Shown: positions 8,460-16,944 of the stretch, one piece after another | How the letters are laid out: every line of letters begins with the position of its first letter | How positions within the stretch are numbered: position 1 is the stretch's first letter | NCBI RefSeq assembly: GCF_000812185.1 | Contig: NZ_CP007026.1 | Span: forward strand, 779,107 to 811,106 | Direction of reading: 5' to 3' | DNA: 32,000 nucleotides | DNA from: Candidatus Nitrosopelagicus brevis | Lineage (GTDB): Archaea; Thermoproteota; Nitrososphaeria; Nitrososphaerales; Nitrosopumilaceae | Translations under genes and position numbers: made by a program | The notes under the pieces: generated by a model | Databases searched by the model: none | What the model saw: only the letters and a program-made list of their open reading frames with translations | What the model was told of the DNA's origin: nothing

Positions 8460-9481
8460 ATTTTTTTTCCCAAGACAAGAGCAAAGTACTTTCGTGAATC
8501 AAACCACATTTCTAATTTTTCGAAATTTGATTCCTTTAGGTATGATTCTATTTGAGAAATAGAGAATTTGTGTGAATTTTCAGTATGAATTAGCTCATCT
8601 TTTGAGAGAGTTATTGATAGATCAGATTTTGGTATTGTAATTGATTGTTCAGATAGTGAACGAAGATACATTTCAATCCGACCTTTTTGCTCGTCATAAA
8701 CTGCATGATGTTCAAAATTTTCGAGATTGAAATCTGCACCAAGTTCTTCATTAATTCTTTTTAGAACATTAAGATTGAATTTTGCAGTTGTTTTTTGAGA
8801 GTCATTGTATGCATTGTGTAGTACTTCATGATCTTTTTTGAGATCTAATCCAATTAGGAATAAATCATCAGATTTCATCAAGGTGTTAATTCTCTGAAGG
8901 AACTTCATACCCTCATTATGATCAAGATTACCAAAGCTTGAGCCAAGAAAGGTAATCAAGTTAGGTTTGTCGTCATAATGTTCAATGAAGTCAAGACCTT
9001 TTTCATAAGTGTCAACAACACCGGTAACTTTGAGATTCTCATAATCCATGCAGAGACTTTTAGCACTTTGATCTAAAATTTCTGAAATGTCTATTGGGAA
9101 ATACTGAAGATGTTTCTGAGATTTGAATAAAACGTCAATTAAGAGTCGAGTCTTTACTGATGAACCGCTTCCTAATTCCACTAAATGAAATTCATTTGAG
9201 AGGTATGGCAGTAGTTTTTTCTCAATACTTTGTAATATTTCAGTTTCAGAATTGTATGGATAATATTCTGGGAGAGTGCATATTTCATCAAAAAGTTTTG
9301 AACCATTTTCATCATAGAAGAACTTTGGACTGATTGATTTTTTTGGTTCTTGAAGTGAACTGCGAATTTCCTCAGCAAAGGTTACAGTAGTACTAGTTCT
9401 AGTTGGTTTGAAATATGTTAAATTATCCTGAATTAGGTGAGATTGATATCCCAATAGCTCCTGTTTAGATTTACTCATCAT
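8456..9481 (-). CDS. egtD: EgtD-like histidine N-alpha-methyltransferase (DUF2260 / EgtD family)
   Basis: KFFYDENGSKLFDEICTLPEYYPYNSETEIL, VELGSGSSVKTRLLIDVL, FLGSSFGNLDHNEG. Start set at the in-frame ATG 9481 (MMSKSKQELLG) rather than the track's 9574. The stop overlaps the egtB stop in the palindrome CTAG. Confidence 0.85.
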   Translation of the reverse strand: MMSKSKQELLGYQSHLIQDNLTYFKPTRTSTTVTFAEEIRSSLQEPKKSISPKFFYDENGSKLFDEICTLPEYYPYNSETEILQSIEKKLLPYLSNEFHLVELGSGSSVKTRLLIDVLFKSQKHLQYFPIDISEILDQSAKSLCMDYENLKVTGVVDTYEKGLDFIEHYDDKPNLITFLGSSFGNLDHNEGMKFLQRINTLMKSDDLFLIGLDLKKDHEVLHNAYNDSQKTTAKFNLNVLKRINEELGADFNLENFEHHAVYDEQKGRIEMYLRSLSEQSITIPKSDLSITLSKDELIHTENSHKFSISQIESYLKESNFEKLEMWFDSRKYFALVLGKKI

Positions 9482-9539
9482 ATTTTGACGATTTTTGTTT
9501 TGCATAAATTTCTTATCCCAGTTGAATATAATACCAATG

Positions 9540-10367
9540 ATGGAAGAAATACTAAAAATTGAAAATCTGACCAAAAAATTTCAGAAAAAAAACTTTTTTT
9601 CATCAGATTCAAATGAAGTTATTGCAGCAGATGCGGTAAATTTTTCTCTAAAACAAGGAGAAATTTTAGCTATAGCAGGACAGTCAGGTTCTGGAAAATC
9701 AACTATTGCAAAATTAATTTTAAGAGCCATCAAACCAGATTCAGGAAAAATTTTTCATAATGAAAAAGAGATTAAAGATAATTCAGATGAATTAAAAAAA
9801 TTCAGAATGAAATGTCAAATGATTTACCAGGATCCGTATGATTCGATAAATCCAAGAATGACAATTTCAGATATAGTTAGTGAGCCATTAGAGATTCATA
9901 ATTTAGGTACAAAAGATGAAAGAAAACAAAGGGTGATTGAGACATTACAAAAAGTAAAACTAGAACCTGCCGAAGAGATTGCCAAAAAACATCCACATAT
10001 GTTGTCAGGAGGCCAGAGACAAAGAGTCGTAATTGCAAGAGCAATTGTAGTTGAGCCTGAAATTATCATTGCGGACGAACCAGTATCAATGCTAGATGTT
10101 TCAATTCGTGCAGAAATTCTAGAGTTAATGAAAGAGATTCAAAAAGAGAACAATATTTCGATGATATACATTACACATGATCTAGCTACTGCAAAACATT
10201 TTGCAGATAACATCTTAATTTTAAAATCAGGAAAAGTAATGGAAATTGGAACAATTGAAAAAGTGTTATCAAATCCAGAAAACTCTTACACAAAAGCACT
10301 GATTGCTGCAGTTTCAGAACCGGATCCAAAAAATCTCTATAAAGAAAAGAAAATTTTATTTGAATAA
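9540..10367 (+). CDS. Oligopeptide/dipeptide-type ABC transporter ATP-binding protein
   Basis: Start set at the in-frame ATG 9540 (MMEEILKIENLTKKF); Walker A GQSGSGKST, LSGGQRQRVVIARAI signature, Walker B IIIADEPVSMLD. No permease gene adjacent. Confidence 0.88.
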   Translation: MEEILKIENLTKKFQKKNFFSSDSNEVIAADAVNFSLKQGEILAIAGQSGSGKSTIAKLILRAIKPDSGKIFHNEKEIKDNSDELKKFRMKCQMIYQDPYDSINPRMTISDIVSEPLEIHNLGTKDERKQRVIETLQKVKLEPAEEIAKKHPHMLSGGQRQRVVIARAIVVEPEIIIADEPVSMLDVSIRAEILELMKEIQKENNISMIYITHDLATAKHFADNILILKSGKVMEIGTIEKVLSNPENSYTKALIAAVSEPDPKNLYKEKKILFE

Positions 10368-10368
10368 T

Positions 10369-10512
10369 TTATGAAAGGTTTGAATCACTACTTGAAGATG
10401 TGAGTTTTGGTTTTCGTTTTTGGTAGGCTTTGTAGACAAGTCCTGTTATAATCATTAATGCTGCAGTTAATCCAGACCACAAAACAAAAGGAATAACATC
10501 TGTATCTGCCAT
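10369..10512 (-). CDS. Small single-TM protein (47 aa)
   Basis: Hand translation MADTDVIPFVLWSGLTAALMIITGLVYKAYQKRKPKLTSSSSDSNLS*: a TM helix followed by a basic stop-transfer and Ser-rich tail. Fills an otherwise empty gap; below the track cut-off. Confidence 0.6.
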   Translation of the reverse strand: MADTDVIPFVLWSGLTAALMIITGLVYKAYQKRKPKLTSSSSDSNLS

Positions 10513-10599
10513 AATTAGTCTTAATTTACACCAAGATAAACATGTTAAGAAAATAATTGATTGTGTAGATTATAATATTCAAAAAAATAATCAATTTAG

Positions 10600-11808
10600 T
10601 TGGAAGAATTAAATTTTGATGTAGTGGTAGTTGGAGGAGGTCCTGCAGGTTCATCTGCAGCACATATGGCTGCAAAAAGTGGCTGTACAGTTGCATTAAT
10701 TGAAAAAGAAAAAGAAATAGCACAGACAGTTAGAACAAGTGGCGTAACATGGATTTCAGATATTAAAAAATTTGGCATTCCCGAAGAATGTTACAATCCA
10801 ATAAAGAAATTTTCTTTCTGTTCACCAAAAAATTCTGTTAAAATTTCAGGTGAGATTGCAAAGGCTGCAGTATTAGATGTAAGAAAAACATACAGATTCC
10901 TAGCAAATAGAGCAAAAACATCAGGAAGTGAATTATTTACAAGCACAAACGTTACAGAAGTTTTGAAAGATAATACAGGAAAATGTGTGGGAGTTATTGC
11001 AAAATCAGATGGTAAACAAATTCAGTTTAATTCCAAAGTGGTAATAGATGCAAGCGGATTTGTTTCAGTTATTGCCAAAGAACTAGGCTATGTCACTCAA
11101 TGGAAAAAGTTTGGTGCAGGTGCAGAGTTTGAGGTAAAGACAGAAAAATTAGAACATGATAATTGGTGGCTAATGGTAGGACAAGAATATTCACCAGCAG
11201 GATATGCATGGATTTTTCCAACATCAAAAGATACTGCAAGAATTGGAGTAGGGATTGGAAAGCCTGATTCAGATGTAGATCCAACTGTAAGATTAAACGA
11301 GTTGTTAGAAAAGAAATTGGGTCCTATCAAAGATTTAGGAAATATTGAAAAAATAGAATTCCATTATGGTTTGATTCCAAATGATGGACTATCGAGAAAA
11401 ACAGTTTATGATAATTTAATTCTGGTTGGAGATTCTGCAGGTCAAGCAAATCCTCTAGTGTTAGAAGGAATAAGATACGCAATTAGATTTGGAGAAGTTG
11501 CAGGTCAAGTTACAGCAGATGCAATAAAAAATGGAGATACAACAGAGGCATCGCTAAACCCATACGAAAAAGAATGGAAAAGAGCTATCGAATCAAAAAT
11601 TAATTCTGCAGGAAAAGTGCAGAACAGATGGGTAGGATTAACAGATGATGAATGGGATAAGGAATTAAGCATAATTGAAGAGTTAACAGCAGATGAGTTT
11701 CTAGATTTCATTCGTGCAGATTTTGGAGTATCAAAAATGGTAAAGCTTGCAACACATCATCCAAAGATGATTGTAAGACAGCTATTCAATATGGTCAAAG
11801 GTACATAG
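10600..11808 (+). CDS. Geranylgeranyl reductase family FAD-dependent oxidoreductase
   Basis: VVVVGGGPAGSSAAHMAAKSG (FAD-binding GxGxxG), YAWIFPTSKDTARIGVGIG (the YxWxFPx8GxG substrate motif of the family), NLILVGDSAGQANPLVLEGIRYAI. TTG start. Confidence 0.9.
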   Translation: MEELNFDVVVVGGGPAGSSAAHMAAKSGCTVALIEKEKEIAQTVRTSGVTWISDIKKFGIPEECYNPIKKFSFCSPKNSVKISGEIAKAAVLDVRKTYRFLANRAKTSGSELFTSTNVTEVLKDNTGKCVGVIAKSDGKQIQFNSKVVIDASGFVSVIAKELGYVTQWKKFGAGAEFEVKTEKLEHDNWWLMVGQEYSPAGYAWIFPTSKDTARIGVGIGKPDSDVDPTVRLNELLEKKLGPIKDLGNIEKIEFHYGLIPNDGLSRKTVYDNLILVGDSAGQANPLVLEGIRYAIRFGEVAGQVTADAIKNGDTTEASLNPYEKEWKRAIESKINSAGKVQNRWVGLTDDEWDKELSIIEELTADEFLDFIRADFGVSKMVKLATHHPKMIVRQLFNMVKGT

Positions 11809-11860
11809 TCATAATCAGATAGAGGCAAGGCTTTATTCATCTACATTTTGCGGAAGTTGT

Positions 11861-14206
11861 ATGACATTTGAAAAATCTGAATCAGGATTAGTTCGTAGCT
11901 TATCGCTAAAAGATTCAATCATGATTGGAGTGGCATCCATGATTGGAGGCGCCATTTTTGTCCTAGTTGGACCAGGTATGGCACAAGCCGGTGCTGCATT
12001 AATGATTGCATTTTTGCTTAATGGAATTATTACAGTTTTTACAGCTTTGACATATGCAGAGTTGGGTTCTGCATTTCCTGCAACAGGAGGAGGTTACAAA
12101 TGGGTAAGAGAAGGATTACCAAGGCCTAATGCATATCTTAGCGGATGGATGGCATGGTTTGGACATACTATTGCAGGAAGTCTTTATGCAGTTGCATTTG
12201 GTTCATTTTTTGCCCATCTTCTAAAAACATCAGGAGTAATTGGTGATGATACAGGAATTCCGGTAGATAAAATTCTAGCAGTGATTGCAATTATTATATT
12301 CACATTTGTTAATGTCAGAGGTTCATCAGATACTGGAAAGGTTGGTAACGCAATTACATTTACACAGTTAGCAATTATTGGAATACTAATTGTTGCAGCA
12401 ATTGGTGCAATGATGTTTGCAAATCCAAACTGGTCTGATAACTATACAGATTTTCTTCCTAGCGGCGTAGCAGGATTAGCATTGGCAATGGGATTAACAT
12501 TCATTGCATTTGAGGGCTATGAGATAATTTCACAAGCAGGAGATGAGATAAGAAATCCAAAAAAGAATATTCCGCGGGCGATTTTAATTTCTCTTGGAAT
12601 TGTAGTTTCAGTTTACATTTTGTTTACGTTTGTTTTCATCGGAGGATTAAACGAATCAGTAATTGGAATGCCCGCGTGGGAGTTTATTGGAAGTTTTGGG
12701 GAATTAGGAATAATTGAAGCAGCAGATCAGTTTATGCCATTTGGGGCATTAATTGTTCTAGCAGGAGGCCTAGTATCTACACTTTCTGCATTGAATGCCA
12801 CAACATTTGCTGCAAGTCGGGTTAGTTTTGCGATGGGTACGCAGTATAATCTTCCATTTGTATTTAGTAAAATTCATCCAAAGTATAGAACACCATTCGT
12901 TGCAACAATTGTTTCAGGAATAATCATGCTAATTCTGGCAGTATCTATGGATTTGACAGCAATTGCATTTGCTGCAAGTGTGATGTTCCTATTTTTATTT
13001 ACTCAAGTGAACTTGGCATCAATTACAATTAGAAGATTGTACGCATCAACTGTAGAATATGGATTCAAGACGCCTCTCTTTCCGTTGATTCCGATAATAG
13101 GAATTGTGACAGCAATGGGTCTTTCCATTTACTTGCTGTTTACACATCCAGAAAGTTGGTTAATAGCTATTATCTGGATAGCAATTGGTTTTGTTATTTA
13201 CAAATTTTACACATCAAAAAAAGAGTTAGAGCATAATGCACCGTTAGTTTTTACGCAGGGACCAAAGTTACGAAAAAAATACAGAGTACTGATGGTTTTT
13301 GACAAACGTTCTGCAGCAAAAATGTACAAGATGGCAAGATCAATTGCAAAAGATAAGGATGGAGAAATTACGGTTTTAGATGTAGTAAATGTTCCACGAC
13401 AGACACCATTATCATTAACACATGGATTTGGAGACAAGGGATTAAAGGCAATTGAAGAGTTCAAGAGAGAAATTACAGGTTCTTTGAGAAATAGATACCT
13501 AGTAAGATTAGCACATGACCCAACTGAAGCAATTTTACAAACTACAGAAGAACAAGATATCAATACGCTATTGATTGACTTTGACTTTTTGAAAAATAAT
13601 AGAAAATTGCTTTCACTTACAACATGTGACATTATCGGAGTTAGGTTAAGAAAAACATTTGATGAAGATATGAAAAATATTGTTGTTGCATACGATAAAG
13701 GAAGGCATAGTGACTTGGGATTAGAAATTGCCAACTCATTTCAAAAAATGGAGGAATCAAAAATTCGTATTATTAGAGGAGTTATTGAAGATCCAAAACA
13801 GGAAACAGAAATTGTTAACAGAATTAATGAAAAAATGTTTGAATTGGAATTACCGAAGATTCAGTTTGAGAAAGTTTATTCAGATTCAAACATCATAACA
13901 GAACTACTAAAGAATTTCAAAAAAGAAAAGAATGCCTTGTTGATCTTAGGAGCTGGTAACCAAACGGATACCGCATTTAGCCCAAAGACTTTGAGCATTT
14001 TAGATAAGAGCGGAAAATCTGCAATAGTGGTTAGAAATCATAGGTTCTCAGAAGTTCATGCAAGGTCTTTTGCAAATTTCATTATGCCAAAAATCATCCA
14101 GGTGAAATTCATCTATCAGATTTACGTCAATATCATGCAGAAAATTTACACCATGAGAGCAAAATCACACAAGGAACGTGATGATGACGATTATTTTAAC
14201 GCCTAA
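11861..14206 (+). CDS. APC-family amino acid permease with C-terminal cytosolic universal-stress-protein-like region
   Basis: SIMIGVASMIGGAIFVLVGPGMAQAG and AELGSAFPATGGGYKWVREGL are typical of the APC superfamily. After the TM region come USP-like segments YRVLMVFDKRSAAKMYKMARSIAKDKDGEITVLDVV and KNIVVAYDKGRHSDLGLEIANSF...ALLILGAGNQTD...KSAIVVR. Confidence 0.9.
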   Translation: MTFEKSESGLVRSLSLKDSIMIGVASMIGGAIFVLVGPGMAQAGAALMIAFLLNGIITVFTALTYAELGSAFPATGGGYKWVREGLPRPNAYLSGWMAWFGHTIAGSLYAVAFGSFFAHLLKTSGVIGDDTGIPVDKILAVIAIIIFTFVNVRGSSDTGKVGNAITFTQLAIIGILIVAAIGAMMFANPNWSDNYTDFLPSGVAGLALAMGLTFIAFEGYEIISQAGDEIRNPKKNIPRAILISLGIVVSVYILFTFVFIGGLNESVIGMPAWEFIGSFGELGIIEAADQFMPFGALIVLAGGLVSTLSALNATTFAASRVSFAMGTQYNLPFVFSKIHPKYRTPFVATIVSGIIMLILAVSMDLTAIAFAASVMFLFLFTQVNLASITIRRLYASTVEYGFKTPLFPLIPIIGIVTAMGLSIYLLFTHPESWLIAIIWIAIGFVIYKFYTSKKELEHNAPLVFTQGPKLRKKYRVLMVFDKRSAAKMYKMARSIAKDKDGEITVLDVVNVPRQTPLSLTHGFGDKGLKAIEEFKREITGSLRNRYLVRLAHDPTEAILQTTEEQDINTLLIDFDFLKNNRKLLSLTTCDIIGVRLRKTFDEDMKNIVVAYDKGRHSDLGLEIANSFQKMEESKIRIIRGVIEDPKQETEIVNRINEKMFELELPKIQFEKVYSDSNIITELLKNFKKEKNALLILGAGNQTDTAFSPKTLSILDKSGKSAIVVRNHRFSEVHARSFANFIMPKIIQVKFIYQIYVNIMQKIYTMRAKSHKERDDDDYFNA

Positions 14207-14254
14207 TTTTTTAGATATCTTGAAATAACTGATTAACTTTTAGGAAAATTACAA

Positions 14255-14538
14255 GTGCGAGCTGGTGCACAGTGCTGTTACGACAGAGGAAACTCCTCTC
14301 TCCTTGCAGAAATTGTGGTCCGGAGATGGGCAATCAGAGATGGTTGGCAACAGAGCAGAAAAAAATCTCTCTTGGAGTGTACGATGAGGACAAAATCTGA
14401 GATTTCCAAAAAGAGAATGAGAAATCTGACCCACAAGGAGCAAAGCCAAACAGAACTATAGAATTCTGCATCTGGTTCAGGTAGGCTGCAAAGCGGAATA
14501 ATGTGTAAAACAGAAAGAGGGTTACGGCCAGCACGCAC
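14255..14538 (+). ncRNA. rnpB: RNase P RNA
   Basis: CR-I gaggaaactcc (14286), CR-II ggcaacagagcagaaa (~14346), CR-III aaggagcaaagccaaacag (~14438), CR-IV ggtaggctgcaaag (~14480), CR-V aacagaaagagggttacgg (~14510). P1: GUGCGAGCUGG (14255-14265) pairs with CCAGCACGCAC (14528-14538) with one mismatch. P4: AAC(U)CCUCU (14291-14299) pairs with AGAGGGUU (14516-14523) around the conserved bulged U. GC-rich relative to surroundings. Confidence 0.96.
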
Positions 14539-14540
14539 TA

Positions 14541-15914
14541 TTATTCTGGAGACCAACCTTTTGGCATTGAGCCACGGTCAGATGCACTATCATCAGATTT
14601 TGTTTCTTCTGCTGGTGCTGGTTCAGTTTTTGTTTCTTCTGCTGGTGCTGGTTCAGTTTTTGTTTCTTCTGCTGGTGCTGGTTCAGTTTTTTGTTCAACT
14701 TGTGGATTTTCGTCATAAACACTTCTGTGATGTTCGTAATCATCAGATTTTAGATGTGCTTCACCTCTGTTAGTTTTGTAACCACCAGAGCCTGTACTTG
14801 TATCTGCACCAACTAATTGTGAAGGATCAATACCTGTTTGTACATTTCCGGCTTTGATATCACCTTTACGTTTCTTCTCACTAACAATAAAGACTGCAAT
14901 TCCACCGATACCTGCCATTCCAGCCATTCCGTAAATGATCATGACAGGGAATTGACCAGTAGATGTTGTTGCAAAGCCTTCAGGTGCTTCAGGATAAACA
15001 CCGACAACTTCAGTATTATCTAAAACGTCAATGTTTGAAAATCCTGCAAAGAAAATGTTTGCTGCATCTGCAGATTCAATTGTTCGTAAATCATAAGTTG
15101 TATCAGTAGTAAATGATGCTGCAAATTCTTTTTCTGTTTGAATTCCTTCTCTGAGACTACTCTCTCCCATTGTGTAAGATGACCAAACAACTCCTGCTAA
15201 TTCATCATACATTCCGTATTGTGAAGCATCTACATTGATTCCAGTTGGGTCAAATAAGAAGTGCCAGTTGCCTAATGGTTGTGCTTTAATTCCACTTGCA
15301 TCCATGATTGGAGCATTCAATAATGTTTCAGCTTCACTTCCCAAGATTGCAGAATGTAATCCTGGTGCAACATCAGCAATAAATGAGATTGGTAAGTTAA
15401 TTTCATGAGGAATTCCTTTTGCATTAACAGTAACTTCATCAGGAACGGCTAGTCCTCTCCAGTTCATATCAACTAAACCAGAGTTTCCGCCAGAAGATTC
15501 ACGAAGTACGTGATTTGTAATTGACATAGTTAGAATGATTTTATAATCAATAGAGGTGTTTAAGCCACGACCGGTTAATTTAGTATCATAATCAATTTGA
15601 ACATCAGTTATAGCAGCTGAACTTCCTAATTGAGATATTTGGTAATTAATTCTATCACGTAACTCGTTTACTCCAGGATCAGTAGAGGTTACAGTGAAGG
15701 TTTTTGCGAATTTTTGGCCTCTAAGTTCATCTGCAAGCATTCCACCCTGATCATAATTGATAATCACAGTTCTCTGGAATTTTATCTCAACTTCATCAGT
15801 TGCACCTGGTTCAACCCATGTTCTAAATTCCATTTGTGCTGCAAAAGCAGGACCTACAGTAGATGCTAGCATAATTACTGCCAAAGATGCTACTAAGATT
15901 CCTGTACGAGACAC
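14541..15914 (-). CDS. Secreted/membrane-anchored surface-type protein, C-terminal TM and PAPAEETKTE repeats (457 aa)
   Basis: Signal peptide MSRTGILVASLAVIMLASTVGPAFA, TM segment FPVMIIYGMAGMAGIGGIAVFIV followed by EKKRK, then a charged cytosolic tail with repeats. No family recognised. Confidence 0.85.
   Translation of the reverse strand: MSRTGILVASLAVIMLASTVGPAFAAQMEFRTWVEPGATDEVEIKFQRTVIINYDQGGMLADELRGQKFAKTFTVTSTDPGVNELRDRINYQISQLGSSAAITDVQIDYDTKLTGRGLNTSIDYKIILTMSITNHVLRESSGGNSGLVDMNWRGLAVPDEVTVNAKGIPHEINLPISFIADVAPGLHSAILGSEAETLLNAPIMDASGIKAQPLGNWHFLFDPTGINVDASQYGMYDELAGVVWSSYTMGESSLREGIQTEKEFAASFTTDTTYDLRTIESADAANIFFAGFSNIDVLDNTEVVGVYPEAPEGFATTSTGQFPVMIIYGMAGMAGIGGIAVFIVSEKKRKGDIKAGNVQTGIDPSQLVGADTSTGSGGYKTNRGEAHLKSDDYEHHRSVYDENPQVEQKTEPAPAEETKTEPAPAEETKTEPAPAEETKSDDSASDRGSMPKGWSPE
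14601..14690. repeat. 3 perfect tandem copies of a 30-bp unit (tgtttcttctgctggtgctggttcagtttt)
   Basis: 14601-14630, 14631-14660 and 14661-14690 are identical; they encode three (KTEPAPAEET) decapeptides on the minus strand. Confidence 0.97.
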
Positions 15915-16023
15915 GTAGCGATTTTTTTACTCTTAATAATAAATCTAACTTAGAGGATAGTTTTTTGCGATCATTTGGAAGAAGTAATATGTAGTCATTG
16001 TTTTGGGAGTTTCGTAAACAATT

Positions 16024-16944
16024 ATGATTACAATATTGGCTGGCGGCACAGGTTCTATCAAAATGGTTAGAGGATTTGCAGCACATGATCAAGAGGTTAC
16101 AGTAATTAGCAATGTTGGAGACAATTATTGGCTATATGGAATGTATGTGTGTCCAGATATTGACACAATAATTTATGGATTATCAGGAATTTTAGATGAA
16201 GAAAAAGGATGGGGCGTAAAAAAAGATACTAACAATTTCCTAAGACAAATGGAAGTTTTCGGAGAAGAAACATGGTTTAGAGTTGGGGATAGAGATGCAG
16301 CTACACATCTAACAAGAACTAACATGTTAAAGAATGGAAAAAATCTTTCAGACATTACACAATGGATGTGTGAAAAATTTGCAATAGAATCCAAAATTAT
16401 TCCAATTACAGACAATACAGTTGAAACAAGAATTACAGCAAACGGCGAAGATTTGCATTTACAAGAATTTTGGGTAAAACATAGAGGTAGAGGAACTATT
16501 GAAGGAATTCAATATGTTGGAGCAGACAAAGCAAGACCAAATCCAGATGCAATTGCTGCAATTCAAGATGCGGAACTGGTAGTAATTGCACCAGGAAATC
16601 CACTAACAAGTATTGGACCAATGATGGGAATTAAAGGAGTTAGAAAAGAATTAACTAAAAATAAAAAGAAAGTAGTTGCAGTTTCACCACTAATAGGAAA
16701 CAAATCATTTAGCGGACCTGCAGACAAGTATATGGAAGCTGCAGGTATTGAGGTTTCAGTATTTGGTTTAGCACAATTTTATGCAGATGTTTGCTCAAAA
16801 ATGATCATAGATACAAAAGATAAAGCTCAAAAATCAAAAATTGAGGGATTAGATATACGAGTATTAGATACAAAAATAAAAATGCAAAATAAAATAGCTG
16901 AAGAAGCACTTGCAGGATTCATTTTAAAACAATTGAAATTATAA
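16024..16944 (+). CDS. cofD: 2-phospho-L-lactate transferase (coenzyme F420 biosynthesis)
   Basis: MITILAGGTGSIKMVRG, VISNVGDN, WFRVGDRDAATHLTRTNML, VVIAPGNPLTSIGPMMGIKGVR are CofD hallmarks. Confidence 0.95.
   Translation: MITILAGGTGSIKMVRGFAAHDQEVTVISNVGDNYWLYGMYVCPDIDTIIYGLSGILDEEKGWGVKKDTNNFLRQMEVFGEETWFRVGDRDAATHLTRTNMLKNGKNLSDITQWMCEKFAIESKIIPITDNTVETRITANGEDLHLQEFWVKHRGRGTIEGIQYVGADKARPNPDAIAAIQDAELVVIAPGNPLTSIGPMMGIKGVRKELTKNKKKVVAVSPLIGNKSFSGPADKYMEAAGIEVSVFGLAQFYADVCSKMIIDTKDKAQKSKIEGLDIRVLDTKIKMQNKIAEEALAGFILKQLKL

Noticed and set aside
9482-9574. Upstream extension of egtD to 9574 and of the ABC ATPase back to 9495
   Set aside because: The extensions run into each other's gene starts and encode non-family residues; internal ATGs at 9481 and 9540 give a normal divergent promoter gap.
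13207-13734. Minus-strand 175-aa ORF inside the permease/USP gene
   Set aside because: Antisense to well-supported coding sequence; composition (Ser/Phe/Asn-rich) is typical of shadow ORFs.
14601-14690. Tandem 30-bp repeats resembling an array
   Set aside because: No spacers between copies, and they are in frame with a coding repeat (KTEPAPAEET). Not a CRISPR array.
14255-14773. ORFs 14255..14461 (+), 14278..14556 (-), 14334..14534 (-), 14249..14449 (-), 14501..14773 (+)
   Set aside because: They lie on the RNase P RNA or antisense to the repeat region of the 457-aa protein, and their translations are low-complexity or lack family signals.
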